Below the pieces are notes generated by a model. It was not told the origin of the DNA, did not search any database, and saw only the letters and a program-made list of their open reading frames with translations. A program made the translations under genes and the position numbers. A DNA stretch of 64,000 nucleotides from Camelus dromedarius (taxonomy: Eukaryota): the NCBI RefSeq assembly GCF_036321535.1, contig NC_087458.1, positions 4,216,001 through 4,280,000 on the forward strand, given 5' to 3'. This document shows, piece after piece, positions 49,450 through 62,228 of this stretch. Position 1 is the stretch's first letter. Every line of letters begins with the position of its first letter.

Positions 49450-51764
49450 CAACTGTTTTGCTTAAACATTTTTTATTTGAAAATGTATTTAAAAGTCCAA
49501 CAATTTTTAATATAAATTATGACTCTCAAACCCATTCCCATCACTCTAAATACTGTTAAAGTGATGGCAGCATACACATTAGAGAAGGCAGCTGAAGGTG
49601 AGAGAGCACCAAAGAAAAGAAGATTGTGTCCAAAGAGCAGGCATCAGAATAAGGCTCAAGATCAGGATGACCAGATTCCAGGAGGCCCCCACCTGTCTAC
49701 CCTATCCTGTTAACCCTTTAGATCTAGTGTAACCCTCAGGCTTTTGAGAGAATTTAGGGCAACAAGGTGAGCTACCTTCAGAGCAATTAGCTAGACTGGA
49801 ACTGAATAAATTGGGAATGTATTTCTATGACCAAGCTTAGACACTAAAAACCTGCAGGAAATACACGGAGGTTCCAAAAGATGAGCGCCTCAGTCACTAC
49901 AGGAGGGGGTGAACTGGATGGATAGTGGAATCAGCAGAGTGGATCCTAATTCCCACATTCCTGACCCCCACTACCATCAGACAGGATGCTTCCTGTTACC
50001 AAGCTAATGAGACCACCTTCTCATGGAGCAGGCAGAAGCTCATCTGTCCTGTTCTGCCCCTCAGTCACCCTGCAAGGAAGGGGTCAGAACAAAAAACACC
50101 TGAGAAAACTGAAAGTGCCTAATGACCCTGCTCCTACATTATTTTCCCACCTAAAGCAGACTCCTCAGCCAGGTGGAGAGTGGGACCTGGTCTTCAGACA
50201 AAACTCCCTGAGTCTTATTTGTGTCTGATTCTAGGACTACGGCACAGATACAGAGCTTAAAATTTGGGGAGGATAAGCTGGGGTATCTGCAACTCTACTG
50301 CTTTTCTCTCCTTCTGTTCCATAATCCCACGATATCCTGTCCAGGCCTCCACCCTGCAGGAACCCCTCCTCCAGAGAGCATTAAGAATGGAGCACAGTAC
50401 ATGTCCATCGTAGAGACATGAACCCACGCAAGCACAGGCAGCACACGGAATAAAGAAGTTTGGAGATTATGTGCGGCCCCCTGAGCCTACTTTACAAGGA
50501 ACCCTAGTTCATCCGTGGCTCAGGCTTAGGATGAGTAAGTGGAAATCACTCAAGAGAAACATACCTTGACTCTAGAGCAGTGGCTCTCCCCTGGGGGTGA
50601 NNNNNNNNNNNNNNNNNNNNNNNNNNNNNNNNNNNNNNNNNNNNNNNNNNNNNNNNNNNNNNNNNNNNNNNNNNNNNNNNNNNNNNNNNNNNNNNNNNNN
50701 NNNNNNNNNNNNNNNNNNNNNNNNNNNNNNNNNNNNNNNNNNNNNNNNNNNNNNNNNNNNNCCTTGCTCTAGAGGTCTTTCTGCTCCCATGCTGTAAGGA
50801 TCTTAAGCTCACTCAATGATTGTTGTCAACCCGTTTATCTCACCAGCCCTCCCATCCTCAGTGATCAATAGTACACCCTGAGACATACCTCCTAGTTTGG
50901 CTGCGTTCTGGGTTTCTCTCCAGATCCCTCTTCCTGCTCTCACTTAGGCCAGCAAGGAGGTTGGCAGAGGGTAGGCCAGATCCCCAAAACTTACATGGAA
51001 TGTCTTCAGGTTAAGATCCACCTCTTAGCTTAACTCTTATCCAGTGGGAAACAGTAAGGTTCCTAACAGGGACAGGATTAAGGAAGAGGTAGTAGCAGGA
51101 TGGGGGTAATTAAGAGAAGTCGAATTTAAAAAAGTATTTTTTTGTAAAAAAAAGGAAAGCTCTTAGGGAGCTAGCTATGCTACAGAAACAGGGTTAGAGG
51201 CCTACCTAGAAAAAGACCCTGTATTGGCAGAGAGCTACTGAGGGACTGTAAGTCAGAGATCTAGAGAGAGAGAGTAGACTAGCTAGTGGTCACCCGCCCA
51301 GCCCCTGGCTGACGTCTGCTTCAGTTCATTCCAGGAGGAAAGGGCAGGGAGGGAGGGAGCTTCTCAGCAAAGCCGGCTTCAGCTTCCATAATCTCACTCA
51401 CCCACCACATTTAAGGAGTTTCAGGTTAAGAGTTTAAAAACATATGGCACCTAGACCATCATTCAGGAGAAAGGAACCCATTCCAGGTTCCCAGAAAACT
51501 CCTATCTCAGATCTGAGAGTGTCGAGGCCCCAGCTGAGCTCCTCTGGCCAACCAGTAGTCACCTGGTCAGTCCTGCTGCCTTGACCCCATCTCCAGGAGG
51601 GGCTACGGCCAGAGGGAGGGGAGGGAGTCCAGCCCCCACGCCTTGTGAGGCACTATTAGTCAGGGAAAAGAGGGGCCCTGGGGTCACTGATTCTAGGAGG
51701 GCATCTGGTGGGGGCAGCATCTCTTCTGGGCTGGACAGGGTGGAGGCTGGACACACAGTAGAAC
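49450..51764 (-). other. CDC42SE1: Non-coding terminal (3' UTR) exon of CDC42SE1
   Basis: A minus-strand branch point CTAAT, polypyrimidine tract and CAG end at 51765. AATAAA lies on the minus strand at 49472-49477. The 3' end is approximate. Confidence 0.75.
50578..50766 (+). mobile_element. Probable MER20-like hAT element with N interior
   Basis: It starts CAGTGGCTCTC..GGGGGTGA and ends CCTTG. A perfect 8-bp TSD CTCTAGAG lies at 50570-50577 and 50767-50774. Confidence 0.7.
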
Positions 51765-52656
51765 CTGATTTTAAAAAAAAGAAAAACAAGAAAGATTAGC
51801 CTCGAAGAAAACCTCCAGCCTCAGGCAGAAGGCACCACCTGGTTCAGACTCTTAACTATTTCTACATTATGCTCTTTTTTCTATTTCTATTTCTGCCTGC
51901 ACATCCCTTTCTCTTTGCCCTTCTGGATCCTACATTCTTTTTTTTTTTTAACTGATTGACCAACAAGTTTTATTATATTGATGGCTTACAAAATAGTTAC
52001 CTGTGTTTAAAGATGTATTTTTATGATTAACAATTTGAAATACATGACAGTTCCAATTAACTCTTCTCTGTAGGCAGACAATTTTTAATTAAGTAAACTG
52101 CTAAAAAGCCTAGTAAATTGGTAATAACTTTATTAAATTGAATATATTTTCAATTTAGAATTTTATTTATAAATTTTATCTTAAATATGTTCATGTTCAA
52201 AGATACCATCCTTTTCCCCCCTCAGTCAAAATTAACTTGACAGATTTATTTTAAGAAACTCGTCAACTAAGTTGTCCTTATAACTTTTTGTTTCACCAAA
52301 TTTAGTCGCAGCAAAATCATAGACCTTCTCAATTTCATTCCATTTTATAGAATATAAATTCATCCAATAAAATATAGGGGCTCTATCAAGACAGTCTTCT
52401 TTTGAGCTTAAATATCTGGGGTTCAATTATTTAATATCAAAATTAAATACTGGACGCATAGTTTATTTTGTTCAGTTCTTTTCTCGCTGTTATATGGACC
52501 CTACATTCTTGCCTCTTCTATTCTAATTCTTTTTCCCTCCGTTCACTTCCCATTCTTGCAGGGGATCAGGGTTCTGAGGCAGGGAATCACAATGTGCTGG
52601 CAGGAGGCTAGAGGCGTAAGATGGGTTTCTCTAATCACTCACCGTTCCTGCTGGAG

Positions 52657-54143
52657 CTACAAGCCCCTAGAATTGCTCCACGGCCTGTCTCGGTTTCCCT
52701 TGGATCTCATCTGCTCCTGAACGGCACCTGTCTGTGAAAAGGCACATGTGAGACCCTCTCCCAAGTCTCCATACGGCACAGTAAGAGACCTCCCTGCGCC
52801 CTCCAGCAAAGAGGAGGCGTGCCTCCAGCTCCTTGACCACAAAATCAATCTGAAATGGTAAAAACTAACCTCCATTCCTCCAAGGGAAGTCTCAGTGCCT
52901 CCCTTCACACTGACCCTCATGAGGATGAGATAAAAAGGGTTTTTTACTAATAAGATTTCCTCACAAAGGACTCTCTCATATTTATCTGAGTTTCATAATT
53001 GGTGAAGACTCCTTCACTAGCTCCAAGCCCATTTCCCTTGTTTTGAGGGCAGAAATGCATACGAGACATCAAAGGACAAAGGTGCTCAGACCTTTTCCTG
53101 TCCCAACACTCCCGAACACAATACAATTTACTGTGGTGCTGAGATAGCAGTTTTTAATTAATAGAAAGGAAGGTTAGGGTTTTTGGAAAAAGCCCCCCAA
53201 GTAAATCTTAAGACCGTGTATCTCCCATCCCAGTGAAGAGCAATCTGCTAAGCATAAAGACAGAGGAGCCTAGATCAGAGATCTGAAACGCCAGGCCTCA
53301 GATTTATGCAGCCTGCGACCGGGACTAGACTCCTAGATTCTTGCTTCCCGTAGAGTATTTTGCTATGCCTCCAGCTTGAACTTTCAAAAAGGGGCATAGT
53401 TCAAGGCCATAATCCCATATCAACCTCTCCCCATTCCCTTGTTACCATGGCAAGTCCATCTCCGGCCCCCATCTCCCCAGAGCCAATGTGAGTCAGGTGG
53501 ACAAAATTCATTGGTTCCCCAATCATGGTCCGGTCAATCCGTCTCCTCTTCTTCTTCTGCTTGGAGAAGATGGAGTTATGTCTGAAATCCCTTCCTCCAG
53601 TCACAGGGAAAAGAGTCTTGAAAACCACTAAGGGAAGAGCTAAGGGCCTGGTGGGAAAGGGGACAGGGCATTGTAATAGGGAAATCACTAGGGTATGAAG
53701 GACAAAGCGGAACAACATAAATGCAGAAAGGGCAGGGCGGTAAGGGCAGTGGCCTGTACAGGGAAGACTGGACCAAGAAAGGACATGTCAAAGTCACCTC
53801 TGGCTGATAAGGAAACAATGGGAAAAACTGGCAGGTATTAAGCTCTACCTACAACTCCTGCCCAACTCAGAATGGACAAGAACAGGAGGTGACAGCTAGG
53901 ACCATTTACTTCTTCCATCACCCAGTCCCCTTTATCCTATGTACACACCTGCCTGGCCACAGAAGCCATCCTGACAGACAGGGAGGCAAGAAACGTGCTT
54001 TGTGGACGGCAGATCCTAGATGGCATGTCTACTTCACAGTGTCTGGTACCTGGTTTCTGTGTGTTTGGGGTGGGGTTGGGGACACTTACCGGCTGGGGTT
54101 TCTCTACCACACAGCAGCCCAGTTTGTGCCAAAATTCACTCAT
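52657..54143 (-). CDS. CDC42SE1: CDC42 small effector 1 (SPEC1), 3 coding exons, 79 aa
   Basis: Exons 54143-54090, 53556-53446 and 52731-52657 give [79 protein letters not shown]. The CRIB motif and di-Cys are present. Confidence 0.97.
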
Positions 54144-57100
54144 GTTCCCTGATGGTTCCAGTTTCACTCCTCTGCCTGAGGCCCTGGAGGGCTCCTGCTC
54201 TGGTGCTGTGACCGCCCACTCCTCACTCCCCTCAGCTCTAACAGCACCCTGGGTTGCCTCAGCTGGACAGGTCTGGAGAAAGTAGTCCTTGGAGCCCTGA
54301 GCTGAGCAGTGAAGGTCAGTGTCTCAGATCCTGAGAGTAGGGTGGGCAGGCAGGCACAAGGTTATGTCTTCCACAGACTTGGAACCCTGGATGAGCAGAA
54401 AGTAAAGAGAGAAGAAAGGTTAGTAAGAACCCCCTGCCCATCTCCTGAGAAGCCATCTGATGAGCCCACACCTTCCTGCTCTCCCTTAAAAGCCCTAGTC
54501 CTACACCCAGCACTAACCTGCTCTGAACATAAGCACCTCAAAGCCTGACTCTCAGACAAAGGAAGAGAACCAGAAGGTCACCAAGGGGTTAAGAAGCAGC
54601 AGCTGCTGGTACCAACTGGAGCTGAGCGGGGCTGGGGCTGGAGCGAGGATGGGAAGGGACCAGAGGATACCGGCAGAAATGAGCAAAGTGTCGGGGTGCT
54701 ACCAGCTCCACCTCCCTTCTCCCTGGGTTCAGGGCAGAAGGGGAGGGACATTTAAATGACTCTGAAGAGGAAATGGTGGTTTTTCGGTCTCACAAACAAG
54801 AACTCCACCCCTGACCCTCCCTTTTTCCTTACTTTACCCTGAACACCTAGATTTTTTTTAAGACCAAGAGAGGCCTTGACTACCTAGGTTCTAGGTGACT
54901 GACTGCAGCAGGTCGGAACTCAAGACTCTGCAGTGAGGAATGCTTCCCTCTCTCTTCCCTGCCCTTGTTCCTCCTCATTTCCCTCAACCAAGATCCAACT
55001 CCTCCCAGAAGCCATTTAACAGTTCCTTTATTATTTAAGCTTGAGATCCCTCCTGAGGGCTGTATACACAGTTTATCTGTGTTCTGTATCAATGCACTCT
55101 TGTGTGTGCACCTGTCTGCACATACGTGGCATAGCCACATCCCTGCGTGTGCGTCCTGCATAGATCATCTGTGAGCAGGCTGTAGGTACATGTGCCAGTA
55201 TCTTCTGTCCCATGAGGAATCTTTTCCCGGCCTCCCCACCTCTTCACATGTCCTATCGTGCCGCTCTGCTCTGCCTCACACCCCACAGGGCCTGGTCCTC
55301 CCTCTCTTCCTCCTCCCCTCATGCTGTAACCTGTCGTCTCTTCCCTCACCATTTCCAACCCCAAGCTTCAGCAGCCAACCAGACACGAGGAATTTTCCAA
55401 TAGCATTAGTGTCCAAGGAAGAACTTCCTCGCCTTTTCATTACTGCCAGCCAGCACAGGGCACAGATGGGTTTCCTCAGTTGTCACCGCACTCCCCCAGT
55501 CCCATAAAATAGGCAACCTCAAAGATTCCAAACAGGGCAGTTTCACGAACATTACACTTTAGCCTGAACAGGAATCTCCCCTCCCTCCAGGACTGGAATC
55601 CTGATGCTCTGACACCCCACACTGATCTAAGAACTGAGAAGGCTTTTTTAAAATCAGCCTTGAGATGAGATCACACAAACACTGAGATACAGCGGGGGAA
55701 AGACGCAGGAGCCTGGGCTTTCTCTTACTTCCCTTCCCACCACTGGAGGGGAGGAGTAATGAGACAGGGCGGAAGTCAGAACACAGCTGTCCAGAGAGGG
55801 GAGCTGTGGTCAGTGGGGAAGTCAGCCGGTCACAGGGTTTGTCGTGCTGGTGGTGATATTGGGTGGTAAGGGTTAGTGGGGTGGGAAGGTTGAAGAAAAC
55901 AATGAAGAATCAGAGGAAACCCCCCAACACTACCAGACAGGCTGTTCTGAGACTGGATTCTCCCTCAACACCCCCCTTGCTCAAAGCTGAGTGGACAGAA
56001 GCGGATGGTGGGAGGGGAGAGGAGAGAAGAGAGCGAGAAGGGAGAGAGGGAAAGGGGCAGTGGAGGGAACAAGGACGTTTCTGTTCCTTTTCCAGGGACC
56101 TGGCCAGAGCTGGGTGGAGGGAAAGTGTGTGGGGGGGAGACTTGGCATGAAATGACCAATGATGATGAGAAGTGACCAGGAAATTCCATTCCCCAGGACA
56201 CAGGACATAAGGGTCTCTGAAACTTGGGGGTGGGGTCAGCATGAGGAGAAGACTGGGCAGGGTGAAGGTGGTGGTGGTGAGGGAGGAGGGGAACAAGGCC
56301 CGGAAAGGAAGTAAGGGTGATTGGCTGCCACTCTCCTTTAAAATATCTAGAGAAAAGTGGGTTGAGGAAAAACGAAGTCCTGAACCCACTACCCACCCCT
56401 CAGTGAAGGGGAAGGGGCAGGGTAAACAGCAGGAGGGATCAGGATTAGACGCTATAAGGCCATATCCTGACAGCCAAGTAGTGCTGAGAACTGGGCCCGA
56501 GTCCCAAAAAGGAAGGGTGAAATACAGAGCTGGGAGAGACACCAAGGTCATAATGGGGCTTAAGAGCTTTAAAACTACTGGGGAGTGAGCAGGAGAACGG
56601 CCGGGAGAAAGGTTCCAGGGAGGAAGGATGTACAGAGGCAGTTCCCTGGTCCTGTTCGAGCCCCAAACCGGTTCTCCCGGTCCCGCTGCCTCCAGCCCCA
56701 AGGCCTCCAACCCGCTGCCTGACAAGCCTTCACAAGAAGCAGCTGGAGAGAAAGAGAATTGAGAGAATGGAGTGGGCAATCCTGGCTATGCGCCCAGGGC
56801 TGCAGCTGGTCCCCGGTGGAGACCTCCAGACGTGGAGGGCTGCTGCGGGGCTCGGGCTCTAGAGAAGTGGGGGTGGACCCCACGTTTCAGTCAAGTGACA
56901 GGCATTTGCCCCAGGACCAACGTGCCCTTCCCCAGGAAAGGTCTTGTAGAGGCTTAAGAGGAAACAGAGCTAGGCCTAACCTCTCCCTCCCCAGTATATT
57001 CAGTCACATAGACTCCATTTCTGCCCACCCCCCAAATCTACCCAGAAACTCTCTGCCCTTCCCAAGGTTGAACTGGGATTGAGACTTCTCTGTAAATCTT

Positions 57101-57279
57101 TCGGACTTTGTCACTGTCTTCCGTGGCTGCCTGGCTCTGATTTAGACCTTCCCGGACCAGCTCTGCTTCAGTTTGTTGGCACACGCCCCACCGAGGTCGG
57201 TGAGTCTCAAAAGGGACCTTCTCCCCCTCCCAGCTTCCCCCAACACTCCAGACCCTCTTTCCCTTCTACTCTTCGGCGG

Positions 57280-57900
57280 CCTCACCCTCGCACGCCCGGG
57301 AGCGGAGGGGCATGATTACTCACGGAGCGCACCCCTTTGCCACCGGCCCAGCATCTCGACAGCCCTGGACACCCTCCCTCCCCACCCCCAGCATCCGGTG
57401 CGTCTCCGCCTGGCTGGGCAGGCGGGGCGCACGGGCCGAGGGACCGACTCCAAGGCGTCACCTGCTCTGCTCCGACATCAAGGCGTCCGGCGACAGCTGG
57501 TGTGGGGGGGCTCCTGCCCGGCGCCCGCCAGAGTGGGGCTCCCGGGCTCGCTCCTCGGCGCGGTGGGGAAGCCGAGGGCGCGCCGGCAGAGGTGGGGCTG
57601 GCCGAGGGCGGAAACGGCCGCGACGCGCTTACGAAAGCCGTCCGGCTGGGAGCCCGACGCACCGCTCGCCTGCGGCCGGAGGCGGCGCTGCGCGCCGGAG
57701 GGACGTGGGAGGGGCCCCCCGAGGCCGCAGCCCCTGCTGGGAGGACCCGGGAGAGTGGGTCCCCGTGGAGGGCCAGGCACCCCAGCTAGCCGCCCCCCAC
57801 CCCGAATCGCGCGCTCCCCTGGCGCGCCAGGCGTTGCGGGGCAAAGGAAGCGGAGCCCCCAAACCCCCGGCCCCAACCAAGTTCAAAGATTCGGAGAAGC
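57280..57900. promoter_or_regulatory. CpG island / head-to-head promoter of CDC42SE1 and MLLT11
   Basis: A dense CpG block lying between the divergent first exons. Confidence 0.85.
57462..57700 (-). other. CDC42SE1: Probable non-coding exon 1 of CDC42SE1 (5' end approximate)
   Basis: It lies within the CpG island. The minus-strand donor GAGCAG|GTGACG is at 57462/57461, and the next acceptor (ctctcag|gatctg) is at 54330. Confidence 0.55.
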
Positions 57901-58379
57901 ACACACAGCCCCCAGTCTTCTTGTGCTCTACCCCAAATGGAAAAGGACTAGGTTTACCCATTGCGAGGGTAGGGAGGTGAACTGGGAGGAGTAAGGATTG
58001 AACGGAGGGATGGAGAATTTTTCTGATTCTCAAAACCACTTCGTAACCTGAAATTCTTAAATTGGGGAATAAAGGAACACTCTTCCATCACTGTCTACAG
58101 TTAAGATTTTTAATCCATAAACCCATAAAGCCTAAAATTAAAGGACAATTAACTGCTCGTTCATTTGCACCCTCAGTCAGCATGGTACTGATGGAAGAGC
58201 TCGGGAATCATAGTGCAGACCAATAAGCCTACGGAGATGCTTTAATCCTGTCTCCCTGCCCGAAGTGTTCTGGAACCTATCATTTGAATTAGCCGAGTCA
58301 GGCAGGGAGGGGGCGGGGAGTCCTTCCGCCCTTCTTAGGAGGGGCTGCATTGCAGGGGGAGGCTGAGCAGACTGACTCA

Positions 58380-58512
58380 GTCACTGAAGAGAGAGGGAGA
58401 AGACAAAGCCGTCAAAGCCCCAGTCGCTCTTTTTCTCCAGCCCAGAGCAGACAGCGGAGCCCTGAGGTACTCCCTGCATCTTTGGAACACGCTAGTAATT
58501 CACTGGTAACAG
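58380..58512 (+). other. MLLT11: Non-coding exon 1 of MLLT11 (5' end approximate)
   Basis: The donor ggtaacag|gtaaac is at 58512/58513. It is preceded by a CCAAT box (~58220), a GC box (~58311) and an Inr-like TCAGTCA (~58377). Confidence 0.6.
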
Positions 58513-61500
58513 GTAAACTAAACTGAGGGAGGGGGGCAGGGGGCTGCAAAGATAGAAGAGGCTGAAGACCCCAAATGAGGGTGAGGTTGGGGTACAGTTC
58601 AAGAGGAGAGAAGGCAGCGCTGTGAACAATGGGTAGTTACTTGTTCAGCGTTTCACATCTCTGCTAAGGTCTCCATCCATGCCTTACAATCCTTCACACA
58701 GACGTTAATTTCTAATAATTTACATGTAGTTATCATTTTTCAGCATTTATCTCCTTTATTTCAGTTATCAATTGGCCTATAATTTATTGTCCTGTGTATT
58801 TTATTATCTTCAGTCTAGTTATCTATATCTTCCTTCTCAAGCCGTAATTTGTTCTACCAGTTTTTTTTTTTTTAACATGTTTTATTGATGTTCTACCAGA
58901 TTTTTGATGAATCTATAGTCCTACTGGGTCGCTCTAGCCTCTACTTCCCTATATTTCCATTTTTTTTCTGTCATGTTCCATTGATGTGTCTACCCTCACT
59001 CCAAACTTATTTGTCTCTGTAGGAAGGAGTTTAGGGGGAGAGATATTCAATAATATTGAGATTAATCTTGACCTTTCTTTGAACAGTCTCCTCCCATTGT
59101 CAAACCTTTGCTCCAAAAAAAGGGGCAGCTTGAGGTATGAAGGTAGGGGCCTCTGTGCTGGAGAACTGCCTGATTCCATATTGAAATCAGTACAGACGAC
59201 AAGAGCTAGGTATGGGGGCAGATTCTGGAAAAGAAAGGCTTATTTGCAGCTCAGTGTAATATGTGGGGGAAGGACATGGCTAACAGGAAAATCCAAGCCC
59301 AGAATGAGACACATATAATGAGAAGCCCGAGAGGTTCTATTCCCCTCCACCACCATCCCTTGTCCTTCCCCTCTACGATGGCAGCATGACACAGCAAGGC
59401 CCTGTTGGGTAGGCCCCGAATTTCCCACAGAGGGTCTGGACAAAGTGTATTTGGGTGTGTCTGTGTGGCTCAGAGAAAGCCACCTGATACTATGTATTTG
59501 CTAATTGTGTCTCTCTAAGAATAGACAATGATATTTATAAAGAAATTACCTTTGCCTAAAATATCTGAATAATTTAAAGTGAATAAAGTGGGAAGCATTT
59601 ATTGAGCATATATTGTGGCACAAGTCACTGTCCGAGTCCTTTAAGATAAGTAAATGAGAGATATAAAGATAGATGAGGTACGGGTAGAGAATATTTGGGG
59701 AAGAGAAAGCTAATTGAAAAGGGACTTTGTGTAAAATTTGGGTACTTGGGAATTAAATCCATACTATATTAAATTTAAAATTTTCACTACTAATGTAAAG
59801 GGTATTTTTAGCTTCAATTTTCTGTATAGTCAGCGTCCTTAATTTGATATTAAATGACATATATGCTTGATTGAGTGCCTTTCTGAAATGCATTTGGTAT
59901 TCGGTGCATGTCTTTGAGTTAATATTTTGTAAAATTTCCTTTAGCTTTTTTAATTGCAAGAGAAGTTCTGTCAGATATTCAGAATTGTTTGGGCAGTTTT
60001 TATACATAGCTGGATGTAAGAAAAGGAGTCAGTTTGTCAAAGAGATTTTTCCTTTGCTCAATCCCAGCCTGCTCTCTTCTGCCTTTTGCAATTTCACTAT
60101 TCAGATCAGAATCACAGGAACAATCAACACCTAACCCACTGAATATCTATTCTTCAGGAACTAAGAATTCTTGCAAATTTTGAAAATATTGGTATGAGAT
60201 TATATAAAACTGCAGGCAACTATCTATATACAACACATCAAAAAAGGACCAAACTGGGGCTTAGGAGACACTATCCAAACTGGCTGGATAATTTCTAAGA
60301 TGTTTTCTAGTTTTAAAATTCTATGATTTTTTTTTTCTCCCTATGATTCCATTTTTTAAAGAGTCTATTACATGCCCAGCATTTTATTAAGCTCACTCTG
60401 GAGGGGATTGGTAAGGGAGGGGATGTAAAAGAAGCCAGCTAGGTAGACAAAAATGGCAATTAGTTTTAAAAAAAAATCCCTTAAGAAGACGTCAACAACA
60501 CTGTTGGTTCCTAAGGTTTGCTCCTTAGGATCTCAGTAGTCCCAGACCTAAGCCAGAGTTGTTTGGTTGGTTGATAAGGACATTTTTTGTAGCTTTCTGT
60601 GCACATACCTCTGCAAATTACTGTGGAGATGATCAGGGCTGAAGATCACGGAACGATGACCTCACCTTTCCAACATGCTCCCCCACCCTGTTCCAGTCCC
60701 CAAATCACTCTCCTTCCAAGCAGCTTCTCTGCTGAGTCAGTTCCCAGGGTTTATTTTGGAGCCTGAACCTAAGAAGAAAGCAACTCAGAATCCACTTTTA
60801 ACATTAAAAACATCCTAGTCTACCCACTCAGCATTCCTAAAGCCCCTACACTCACACGTGACCGTGTTCTAGATTAAAGTCTACTCTTCCTGCCACATTA
60901 TTTAGGGGCATTTTGGAACCTCTTTAAGGCCACTGTTTAGGAGCTTCAAGGCCTGGTGAGAGCCACTGGAGTGTGCTGGAGGACAGCCTTTTGAGATGGG
61001 TTCTATTTTTGGAGGTAGTGGAATGTTCTTTCTGCTCCTTCGGGAACATTTCAACTAATGCTTCTTGTCCCTTCTTTTGGCTAGTAAGCAGCTGGATGGA
61101 GGCTGCAGGGAGGTAGAATAGTCTAACATCAGGGTGTGGGTGGGACGAGCAAAGTTGATAGAAGTATTCATCAAAATATAGAAAAGTACCTAATTCTATT
61201 AAAAGACTTTCTTCTTCCAATCTATACTTTCCTTATCTGAAATTTCCAATCCATTTGCTCTATCATCAGGTTATTCTAGCATTGAGATCAGAGAAAAGAG
61301 ATCCTGCTATAGCATAGGAAAATTCTTTTAGCACCTGGATTTTGTTCTGAAGGAGAGGTAGGCTAGAGAGAAATAGGCTGTTAAGGTTTATTTGTGGGCT
61401 TATAAATGGTAGTGGCAAGGTATTCATTGTATTAAATAGTGAGGGAAAATTAATCAGCAGCCTTGAATGTCTTTGGTTTGCAAAGCCTAGCACTTGTGAA

Positions 61501-62228
61501 GAAGGTACAATGCAGACTGGTTTTCACTCTTGGGGAAACTCTCAGCCCCTTGAAGAAGATAAGATTATCTCTATACAAAACACATAATAGTGATCTGTAA
61601 CCCCAAACTGATACAGTCAGGTAAAATTATACAGGTGTTGGGGGAGATGCTGGAAAAAATAGGGTAGATGGAGCTGAGTAAGGATGTAAGTAAGGATGTC
61701 CTCCTGGAAGAGGGGAGTTTATAGTGGGTTTAGAAAGCAGGGAGGAAAACAGTAAGCAGAAATGTTATAGCAGCCCTTTGCAGCGGTACCATGACCTACT
61801 AATCTAAAGGCAGGAAGAAATCAAGTCTTTGACATATGAGTTCAGGGGAAAGATCCCTCTAAGGACTTGAATGGAGTCTTGAAACTTGGGTACTATTTTA
61901 AGATGGAGAGTGGAGAGAGTTAAGCAAGACATGAATGAGCGTAGCTGTAGCACAGGATGTACTACTGCTAGGAAGAATGGAGCCAGATTCTGGAAGCCAT
62001 AAAACCAGACCCAAGCAGCAGGCAGTAAATAAGTCATTCCAAGATGGGGAAGAGTTAGCAAATGGTTGAAAGCAGTAATAGAGGAAGAGTTCCTGAATCT
62101 TGTCCTAGGGAATTTGGGTTATGTACAGGGGCAAATGGGATATAAAATTTCTCAGTAAGGAAAGGCCATGGGCCACAAACAGGTGGCTATAGCATGAAGA
62201 CTGACAAGTGGTTTCTTTTTAGGAAGTT

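Noticed and set aside
51443-51450. 8mer miR-183 seed match (GTGCCATA) in the CDC42SE1 3' UTR
   Set aside because: A match to some miRNA family is expected by chance in 2.3 kb, and conservation cannot be assessed here.
54144-54167. N-terminal extension of CDC42SE1 (MKLEPSGN) in the ORF track
   Set aside because: The start is GTG, not ATG, and the real ATG has a good context (AACATGA).
55910-57994. Long ORFs in the track (289 aa at 55910-56779, 273 aa at 57173-57994, 222 aa at 57312-57980)
   Set aside because: They are low-complexity Pro/Gly/Arg/Ser/Leu translations of a GA-rich intron and a CpG island, where stop codons are depleted. They overlap in several frames and show no recognisable motifs.
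58171-58191. Possible REST/RE1 site upstream of MLLT11 (reverse complement TCAGTACCATGCTGAC)
   Set aside because: Only the left half-site resembles TCAGCACC and the GGACAG half is absent, so it is too weak to call.
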